A DNA stretch of 64,000 nucleotides from IMG/VR virus record IMGVR_UViG_3300036762_000188. One strand, given 5' to 3'. Of this stretch, positions 56,733 through 64,000 are shown one piece after another (position 1 is the first letter of the stretch; each line of letters opens with the position of its first letter). This DNA comes from a virus. Lineage: Duplodnaviria; Caudoviricetes. The translations under genes and the position numbers were made by a program. Under the pieces are notes generated by a model. The model was not told the DNA's origin. It saw only the letters and a program-made list of their open reading frames with translations, and searched no databases.

Positions 56733-59700
56733 TTTGAACCGGAGTATCCTCGGAGATGGTACCGGCTGCTAACGCGGCTAGTACCTCTTCCTCGGATGAA
56801 AAGACTACGGTCTTTTTATCTGACGGACGGGTCATGTACACAGATCCTAGAATAGCCTCATGACCAGGGGCGTACATAGGACTGCCGAATCCCTTACGGG
56901 CGTCGTGCAGATGGTTAGAAGGCAACAGTTTCTCGTTAGCCTCTTTTATAGCCTCTGGAGTAACCGGTACGTGCATACTCAAGGCATCACCATCATAATC
57001 CGCTGCATATCCTGGTAGATGCAATATGTTAAGACCTATAGTCTTACCTGTAGTAGGTATAGGCTTAAGGGCTAGAATGTTAGTTTTCATAAGAGTAGGA
57101 GCACGATTAAGTATAATCGGTATTTCCTTGATAACCTTATTGAAACTACTTACTGCAGCCATATTACGATCTTCACACGCTTTTTTAGCTGCAGCAGGAT
57201 TGTACCCCTTCTGAGCTAGGTCACGCTTGATATGCATATCGTACATAGTCCACAGCTGTTCCGCCGGGATCTTAACTTCATCAAACCCTAGGTCTGGCGC
57301 TGCGTAAATAGTACCGCGGCCTGACATATCCTGCTTACGACTCAGTAGCTTAGACTGGAAGTAACCGGTCTTAGGACCACCGTCACCGCCTATCTGTTTC
57401 ATCAGGCCTTTAAGATGTTTATTCTTAAAGCGAACCGGCTCTCCCGCAGCCATAATAGCCTTGGCAGCAGAGTAGGTATCAGCACGTGCCTGTTGCAGAG
57501 TAGGGAAGCTATGATCGTATAGATCTTTATTCTTATCTACCCCATCGTTAACCAGATATAGATCCTGGTACAGACTGTTAACGTCCGCTACTACTGCACG
57601 CCCCTCATTGACAGATATAGGACGCATCACCGGAGGTATAACTGGTATATTACGTAGCAGTACTGCGCTACTTAAATCCTTAAACCCCTGTTTATGCAAT
57701 CCATGTAAAGCCTTGATACGCTTGATGATATTATTCTTAGTGGATACAGCCTTGGTAACCTCTAGCTCTCGCGTAAGGGCCGCTATCTCCGCCTCAGGGT
57801 CGATATCATCCAGCATCTGCTTAAAGGCTTCCCCGCCTATAACAGCTTCATCACTAGCCGCCTTAGTCATACCGGCGTTAACGTGGATAGAACGTACTAG
57901 CTTCTCAGTATCACTATCGAGTATATCGAAGTTACCGGAACCTTTACGCTTAACCATGTACTTACCGGATACTATGTTATCGTACTCAGCCTGTTTAAGA
58001 CCTAGTATGCTAATAACCGTGGGCTCTAACACCGGAGATACTATAGACTCTGATAGAGGTAAGTGTGACCACTTAGTACCGTCTATACCACCGGTCATAC
58101 CGATATCGAATAGGCCACCTTTACTGGTACGTGCGTCACTGCCCTGAAGCATCTTAGTGTTCCTCAAGGCGCCACTGCTCATAGACAGTATCTTCTCGTC
58201 TGTCAGTGGTGCTAGCGTAAGTCTACCGTCTCGCTGAGACACTTCTATACCACTACCTTTCAGATAGTCGAAGAACTTCTGAGTGGCGAAGGTAGTAGAA
58301 GGTTTAGGTAGAGGCTTACCTCGTATAAACTTATCCCAGTAGTCGCCTTGCTGTGATAGTTTACCACCCTCCGCCTTAATAGTAGCCATTTCCTTAAGGT
58401 TACTACGGGCGTTAGATCCTAGAAGTCCTAAGAACTCCATATATCCTACTGCCTTAGCACCCTCTTCACCACCCTTAGTAGGCTGCCCGACGTTATCATA
58501 CTTCCCTGTACTACGGGCGAAGTAGTTAGCGTCTACCGTCTTATCTAACTTAACGATATACTGAGGTCCTGCGAATACCTTACTACCTATAGTCTTACCT
58601 GTCTTAGGATCATAGATCTCCTCGGTATCAGATAGTCCGCGGTCAGCTAGCTCTTTCTTAAGCGTGCCGATGTTGCTCGCGTTCTCATAGTTCTTAACCA
58701 TGTAAGGCTTACCGTCGTGCTTAGCGATCTTAGCAGCTACGGTCTCCATGATCTGGCCTAGGTTAATACGCGAGGTAACAGACGCAGGGTTAAATAGTAC
58801 GTCTACAGGCTTACCCGTCTCTCTACTATGAGGCATCTCATGATCATCTAGGATCAGAGATACGATACCCTTACCGCCGTGGAAGTTGGTTATCTTATCC
58901 CCTTCGACTAGACTCTTCTCAGAACGTACTATAATACGTATGTTCTTACCGGTCTTGTCTATGTCTACTATCTCACCTAACTCCTCGTGATCCCATATAA
59001 GGCTAGCGTCGCGATATTTATTTACCAGTGTCTTATGCAGACGTCCTAGTAGCATATCCATCTCGCTCACTTCCTTTTCTTCCAGGATAGGCCAGATTAT
59101 ATCACCCTTATGCAGTACACGGCCTTTAGCCGGAGCTCCATCCCTGGCCAACCCTTGTAGTTGCTGTGGAGTATACTTACGACCGAATTGACCTCGGAAG
59201 GTCTCAAGGTCTAGTACAGTCTTATCCCCTGCACTATAATCAAACTTGTAAGCGTGATTACTTATCATAGACTCCGCTGCAGAGCGGCTTAGCACTACGG
59301 CGTCTTCGTGGTTAAACCCTTCATACGGCATATAGGCGATATGTAGGTTCTTACCTAAAGCCAGTACACCATCCTTGGTATAATTATTGTCTGCTATAGT
59401 CTGCCCGGCCTTTACACTATCTCCCACCTTAAGATGTGTAGGCTCGTCGTCGTGAAATCCCTTCATGTTAAAAGGTAGGTTATCCACTAGACTTACTTCA
59501 TGGTTACCTTCCGCTCCGCGTATAGTAACCTTCTTAGGTTCTACTTTAACCACCACGCCGTCTACCGGTGACTTAGTGGTGAATACACGTGCTAGACTCT
59601 CTGAGAATGAACGGCCTTTACTATCCACGGTCTGTACTAAAGGAGCCTCACGATCCCGTAAACTCAGAGTCTGTGGAATAGCTTTACCCGCCATGGTTAA

Positions 59701-61248
59701 ACGTCCAGGGTGGTCACTATTAAGGAAAGGCACTAAATTAGTAGTAACCGTATACATGTCAGATCCCGCAGGGATCCAGTAGTCTACGTGGCTACGTGGA
59801 ACTTTCTTAAAATTACCATTAACCTGAGCATGTACCTCATCACCATCATCTCCCGGGAATCCGATAGTATGTTCGCCCATCTCCTTGGCTGATAGGTACA
59901 CTATCTTACCGTTATTATCCTTAACTCTAGCATACATGTTACCATCACGATCGCGACGCGAAGTCATGGTGAACCGCAGATCGATACCTGCCATGTCAGA
60001 CTCAGGAGTACGTGACGGATCTAATATGCCAAGGTGGCTAGGATCGACGTTACGGGCTTCTGAAGGCACTCCCTGGGCACTACCTATACCACCATAGCCT
60101 GCACCGATGATCGTGGCCTTACCGACGTTCTCCATCGATTCTATAGGGTTAGTCTCTGTCGGTGTAGACGATAGACTAGACTCAGTAATAAACGAAGAGA
60201 ACACTTTGTTGAAGGGCTTGGCGCCGATCAAGTTACGTATCTTAAGCGTATCTGGGTTAGCCGGGTTGACACGTCCTAGAGAACGAGCCATGTTCTTAAC
60301 GGTACCTGTAACGCGTAGGTTACCTTTACTGAAGTGAGACGATATAAAATCTGGTAGATTCTGCACTTTCTTAAACTGCAGGCTATCACGGTTATCCTCA
60401 CCTCTATCACCTCTATGAGTATCTACTAGATTCTTCATAGCGCGAAGTATGGCTTCCTGGCTTACATGACTGAAAGAAGCACCTAACGTTATCTCTGTAG
60501 TATCTACATCCAGTCTGGAGGCTTCCAAAGCCTCTTTAAGCGCTACCGTCTTCTCTTCTATAGAAGCATCCTTATTCTGCTTCATGCGGTTAACCATCTT
60601 AGAATATAAAGATGATATAGCACGATCAGCCGGCTGATTCTTATTAGCAGCGATAACGTCGTCAGGTAGATATCTCTTAAGATCTGAGTCGGTTAGCCCG
60701 AAGCAACGGATCATAACAGGTATCAACGGTACGCCCACAGATTTAGTGCTACCAGCACGTATGTTAAACTGTAGACTCTCAGGGTCTAACACGATAGAGA
60801 AACCGGAGCCACTATTAGTGTTAAACTCACTCTCCACCTCTCCGTTCTCACGACTGTGCAAGTATACACCTGGTTTACGTAGGATAAGGTTGGAGACGTT
60901 ATAGTTATTACCGCGGTACACTATAGTGTGCTTACCTGTCATAGCGTAAGTATCAGACAGGTTAAAGTTCTTAACCTTATCAAGTACCTTCCCGGTATTC
61001 TTATCGGTCAACGTCATAGTACCCTTGATAGGGTAGGTCAAAGACTTACTCTTCAGAATAGCCTCTTTCTCGTCTGCATGACCGAACTCTTTTTTAGCGG
61101 CGTACACATCACTGACGTCTAATCTGTAGTTATTATCCTCTACAGGGAACGTGGACATTATACCACTTATCATAGCCTCATCAGTCTGATCATTTATCTC
61201 AGCAGGAGAGGCGAATATAGGGGTTAGTTCACTCGGATCTTTCGGCAT
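56716..61248 (-). CDS. phage multisubunit RNA polymerase, fused beta + beta' N-terminal (catalytic) subunit
   Basis: beta motifs TPES, LVPFL, LALGKN..AYMP.EG.NHEDA, GDKITNFHGGKG, NP.SV.SR.N.GQ, ARSTG; beta' motifs GGLFD, IPVIPP..RP, SGRGTI, LNRAPTL, YAADYDGD. Confidence 0.93.
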   Translation of the reverse strand: MPKDPSELTPIFASPAEINDQTDEAMISGIMSTFPVEDNNYRLDVSDVYAAKKEFGHADEKEAILKSKSLTYPIKGTMTLTDKNTGKVLDKVKNFNLSDTYAMTGKHTIVYRGNNYNVSNLILRKPGVYLHSRENGEVESEFNTNSGSGFSIVLDPESLQFNIRAGSTKSVGVPLIPVMIRCFGLTDSDLKRYLPDDVIAANKNQPADRAISSLYSKMVNRMKQNKDASIEEKTVALKEALEASRLDVDTTEITLGASFSHVSQEAILRAMKNLVDTHRGDRGEDNRDSLQFKKVQNLPDFISSHFSKGNLRVTGTVKNMARSLGRVNPANPDTLKIRNLIGAKPFNKVFSSFITESSLSSTPTETNPIESMENVGKATIIGAGYGGIGSAQGVPSEARNVDPSHLGILDPSRTPESDMAGIDLRFTMTSRRDRDGNMYARVKDNNGKIVYLSAKEMGEHTIGFPGDDGDEVHAQVNGNFKKVPRSHVDYWIPAGSDMYTVTTNLVPFLNSDHPGRLTMAGKAIPQTLSLRDREAPLVQTVDSKGRSFSESLARVFTTKSPVDGVVVKVEPKKVTIRGAEGNHEVSLVDNLPFNMKGFHDDEPTHLKVGDSVKAGQTIADNNYTKDGVLALGKNLHIAYMPYEGFNHEDAVVLSRSAAESMISNHAYKFDYSAGDKTVLDLETFRGQFGRKYTPQQLQGLARDGAPAKGRVLHKGDIIWPILEEKEVSEMDMLLGRLHKTLVNKYRDASLIWDHEELGEIVDIDKTGKNIRIIVRSEKSLVEGDKITNFHGGKGIVSLILDDHEMPHSRETGKPVDVLFNPASVTSRINLGQIMETVAAKIAKHDGKPYMVKNYENASNIGTLKKELADRGLSDTEEIYDPKTGKTIGSKVFAGPQYIVKLDKTVDANYFARSTGKYDNVGQPTKGGEEGAKAVGYMEFLGLLGSNARSNLKEMATIKAEGGKLSQQGDYWDKFIRGKPLPKPSTTFATQKFFDYLKGSGIEVSQRDGRLTLAPLTDEKILSMSSGALRNTKMLQGSDARTSKGGLFDIGMTGGIDGTKWSHLPLSESIVSPVLEPTVISILGLKQAEYDNIVSGKYMVKRKGSGNFDILDSDTEKLVRSIHVNAGMTKAASDEAVIGGEAFKQMLDDIDPEAEIAALTRELEVTKAVSTKNNIIKRIKALHGLHKQGFKDLSSAVLLRNIPVIPPVMRPISVNEGRAVVADVNSLYQDLYLVNDGVDKNKDLYDHSFPTLQQARADTYSAAKAIMAAGEPVRFKNKHLKGLMKQIGGDGGPKTGYFQSKLLSRKQDMSGRGTIYAAPDLGFDEVKIPAEQLWTMYDMHIKRDLAQKGYNPAAAKKACEDRNMAAVSSFNKVIKEIPIILNRAPTLMKTNILALKPIPTTGKTIGLNILHLPGYAADYDGDALSMHVPVTPEAIKEANEKLLPSNHLHDARKGFGSPMYAPGHEAILGSVYMTRPSDKKTVVFSSEEEVLAALAAGTISEDTPVQITRAA

Positions 61249-61510
61249 CTACCGGGTTCCTTTCTAAATAGTTTATTACGCATGTATAAATGCCAGTGTT
61301 CGGAGATATGCTCTCCTTCCTGCTCATTATTACTATATCATTAGATCCATCGACGCCTCGAGTTAACAATCTCTCTAGTGCCATCTGATCGTCATCGTTA
61401 TCAGTACCTAGGCGATATAGATTTATACGGGCTCTATAACCCGTAGTACTAGACGTATCTATGCCCTGCGCAAGCATGTCGGGCATTAAATCATTCATCT
61501 CCATTACCAT
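61229..61510 (-). CDS. hypothetical protein between portal and RNAP
   Basis: 93 aa, overlaps both neighbours, AGGAG RBS. Confidence 0.6.
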   Translation of the reverse strand: MVMEMNDLMPDMLAQGIDTSSTTGYRARINLYRLGTDNDDDQMALERLLTRGVDGSNDIVIMSRKESISPNTGIYTCVINYLERNPVDAERSE

Positions 61511-63158
61511 CTCCTTGTATAAGGCTCACTACCTCTGCGAACATGGCAGGATTATCGTGTTTCAGTTGTATAGCCATCTTCTGCTGTTCTTCTGGAGTAG
61601 CCTGGGATAATTTCTGCGCTAACTTGACTACCTCAGCACGGTGTTCCTTATAGCCGTTATCATCCTCTCCATCATCATCACTTTGATTGGCCTGGAATGT
61701 AGCACGCTTAACAGCCTCTGCAGTGCGGACAGCCTCTTCAGCCTTATGTACAGCCTGTTCCCTTAATCTAGATTTGATCTTATCTGGGTCCATACCGAAT
61801 ATCTCTAGTACGGTAGTCTCGTCTATAAGGTTATTATCTAGCATGCTAAGATACATCTGCTTAAGATTATCATTATCTGTCAATTCGAACGGTACTAAAT
61901 CTACATCAAGTTTTTCTATGTCCAGGAAATTAGCTATTTTAGAATATATCCAATCCAGCGTGTTACGTAGCTTACGAACGTACTGGTTCATGTTATTCTC
62001 TAATAGTCGCAGACCTACCGTAGAACTAGTCCAGTTAGTAGTACCACTAAGCAGCTCCCTACTCACGCCCTGGCCCATAAGCAACTGCTCTTCTGCGAAC
62101 TGAAGCTCGTTAGTCACTAGTAGTGATTTACCCTGGCCTCCCATATATCCTACACCTATAGGTATAGGGCTTAGTAGTATGTGGTTAGGGTCTTGCTTAA
62201 ACTTCTGCAAGTTAGTCTTCATAGCCGCGGTGAAGTTACCCATAGACATAGATGCTATAGGATCGGCGTTAGCAGAGCCTTGCTGAGGGTATATCATCCT
62301 CATAGGGTTCATATGCTCCAGCGCTATAGACTCGTTAGCCTTACGTAGGCACTGCATATAGAATACCGTAGAGTACATACTTAGTAACGGAGGTACTCCG
62401 AAGCCTGGTATAAGATCTCCCATAGATAACCCCTTAAGGTGGTATACCTCGTCCTTAGCGAACATGAAATCTTTATTCAGTCTGATAGCATCTATAAAGC
62501 CCATGGGCATAGTGCATATAAAGTGCGGGTCTCCCAGTATAACCTTACGTTTAACATCACCCGGTATAGTATAGTAGTACTCGCTCTCTCCTGATATAGG
62601 ATTCTCATTTACCGCTATATGGTCCAACTTCCATTTAATAATGTTTATACGCGATATATCTCTACTACGCGTATCTTTAACTTTAAACACTCCGGTCGTG
62701 TGACATGACGGACACGTACCGTGGAACCCGAATTTAGTCCACTTGACCTCTTTACCTAACGAAGTACGTGCGTTAATAAGATTCTCACACTCTCTACATT
62801 CTAGCATGCGCTCAAATGGGTAATATATAGATAGGAATGCGTTACCGTGGGCAGAGTAATCAAAACCTGCGTCGCTAAGCTTCTCTATGACCCTTACGCT
62901 ATCCGTAATTTCATTGTACTTCTTACGAAGAGATTCATTGTTAGTGGTATAACTCACCTCCGTCATAGGGTACGTAGCCATCTTACGTAGCACTTCGGTT
63001 ACAGTAGGCGACTTTATAAGAATGAATCTGGTCTGCTTTAGCAGATCATGGAAGTTGCGTGGTATGAACTGAGTACTAACGTCGTAAGACGGGTTGGCGT
63101 AGGTGCCTAGGTCATATCTACCGTATAACCCTCTTGTATCTGTCCTAGAGCCAATCAT
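61491..63158 (-). CDS. portal protein
   Basis: 555 aa; HGNAF.SIY, EVYHLK...GFGVPPL, GVSRELL.G portal-like pattern; CxxC...CxxC insert. Confidence 0.75.
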   Translation of the reverse strand: MIGSRTDTRGLYGRYDLGTYANPSYDVSTQFIPRNFHDLLKQTRFILIKSPTVTEVLRKMATYPMTEVSYTTNNESLRKKYNEITDSVRVIEKLSDAGFDYSAHGNAFLSIYYPFERMLECRECENLINARTSLGKEVKWTKFGFHGTCPSCHTTGVFKVKDTRSRDISRINIIKWKLDHIAVNENPISGESEYYYTIPGDVKRKVILGDPHFICTMPMGFIDAIRLNKDFMFAKDEVYHLKGLSMGDLIPGFGVPPLLSMYSTVFYMQCLRKANESIALEHMNPMRMIYPQQGSANADPIASMSMGNFTAAMKTNLQKFKQDPNHILLSPIPIGVGYMGGQGKSLLVTNELQFAEEQLLMGQGVSRELLSGTTNWTSSTVGLRLLENNMNQYVRKLRNTLDWIYSKIANFLDIEKLDVDLVPFELTDNDNLKQMYLSMLDNNLIDETTVLEIFGMDPDKIKSRLREQAVHKAEEAVRTAEAVKRATFQANQSDDDGEDDNGYKEHRAEVVKLAQKLSQATPEEQQKMAIQLKHDNPAMFAEVVSLIQGDGNGDE

Positions 63159-63244
63159 AAGATTCTCCGGTTATTATTGAGTATATTCTATTTTACATTT
63201 TAACGCCGTACTAGGCTATAAGCAAGTAGAGCCTAGGAGGGTTT

Positions 63245-63481
63245 ATGAAAATAATAGATGACGTACATGCACGGTTATATGAAGACTTGATATCTGGAGA
63301 GCGGGTCATCCACGGAGTTATAAGTAATAAGATGCTGGATGAGTTACGTGCTGTAGGCGTAGATGTATCAATCAAGATGTCAGCAGGGGCTGCTATTTTA
63401 GTACATATAGATACTGAAAACCTACATCTCATACGCCCGGCCGTATTAGAGTGCCATAAAATTCAATTTACACGGTTGTAA
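63245..63481 (+). CDS. hypothetical protein
   Basis: 78 aa, AGGAGG RBS. Confidence 0.6.
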   Translation: MKIIDDVHARLYEDLISGERVIHGVISNKMLDELRAVGVDVSIKMSAGAAILVHIDTENLHLIRPAVLECHKIQFTRL

Positions 63482-63540
63482 TTGGTATAATTAAAGTATG
63501 ATAGAATTCCCTATCATGAAACTGTATAGAGAGTAAAACT

Positions 63541-63783
63541 ATGTCTGATTTAGAGAACTTAAAAGGCCGTGTAGAAGACCTAACTTCACGCATCTCAGAG
63601 ATGGAAAAATCATCGGATGCATCGGTTGAATCCCTGAAAGATGAAATCTCCGGTGAACGTGACTGGCGTAAGATCGGCCTGTATGCTGCAGGTACAATCG
63701 CGGTTGCAGGTGTGGTCGGTGGTATAGCGTACGCCGTTCGTAAGAAGTCTGCTGCTGAAGTACCGGAAGTGGTACTGAAATGA
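63541..63783 (+). CDS. small coiled-coil protein with C-terminal TM anchor
   Basis: IGLYAAGTIAVAGVVGGIAYAV followed by RKK. Confidence 0.65.
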   Translation: MSDLENLKGRVEDLTSRISEMEKSSDASVESLKDEISGERDWRKIGLYAAGTIAVAGVVGGIAYAVRKKSAAEVPEVVLK

Positions 63784-63959
63784 GTGAACTGGCCGACACT
63801 ACTGAGCGCGTACACGAGCTGTACGAGCGGATGAAAGTGGTAGGCCAGGGGCTGGGGCATGAGCCTCAGCCACCCAAGAGGAGTTACACCCCTCTTTTGG
63901 TCGGACTAACATTATTAGTAGCCGGAGGGACTATATATGTTCTTTCAAAGAAAGACTAA
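63780..63959 (+). CDS. small protein with C-terminal TM anchor (59 aa; not in the ORF track)
   Basis: MSELADTT...LLVGLTLLVAGGTIYVLSKKD; ATGA overlap with the previous gene. Confidence 0.6.
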   Translation: MSELADTTERVHELYERMKVVGQGLGHEPQPPKRSYTPLLVGLTLLVAGGTIYVLSKKD

Positions 63960-64000
63960 GAAAGCCTCTGTACTGGCAGTTAAGGAGTACGCCAGCTCCT

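Noticed and set aside
50108-61248. Host rpoBC operon or bacterial contamination
   Set aside because: The motifs are diverged, the genes are fused and split, they overlap phage portal-linked ORFs, and no ribosomal protein genes are adjacent.
1-64000. tRNA/rRNA genes, integrase, alternative genetic code
   Set aside because: I recognised no cloverleaf, rRNA or recombinase motifs by eye, and genes terminate normally at TAA/TAG/TGA. A tRNAscan run would be needed to exclude tRNAs fully.

Overview
This window is part of a large tailed (myovirus-type) bacteriophage genome. Long minus-strand late blocks encode portal, terminase, prohead protease, major capsid, neck, contractile sheath, tube, baseplate, spike/PAAR, tape measure, a tail chaperone with a -1 frameshift, a holin-like protein and an endolysin. 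They also encode a phage multisubunit RNA polymerase (a 1510-aa beta/beta'-N fusion plus a separate 603-aa beta'-C gene), a sigma70-like factor and a stand-alone beta' Zn-site fragment. Plus-strand islands between them carry nucleotide-metabolism genes (dATP/dGTP diphosphohydrolase-like, dCMP deaminase, DHFR, class I RNR) and unknown ORFs. The most striking feature, at 24943-29464, is an apparently complete ubiquitin-like conjugation cassette: a head-to-tail poly-Ubl precursor with GTKG junctions, a Prok-E2_D-like E2, a JAB/MPN+ peptidase and a ThiF/E1. Other notable signals are a ~305-bp TGTAAC-rich hairpin element present twice in inverted orientation about 50 kb apart, two strand-specific promoter-like motifs, and a recurrent K-x-A motif in head proteins and the RNAP. 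All calls come from reading motifs and gene order by eye; no database searches were run.
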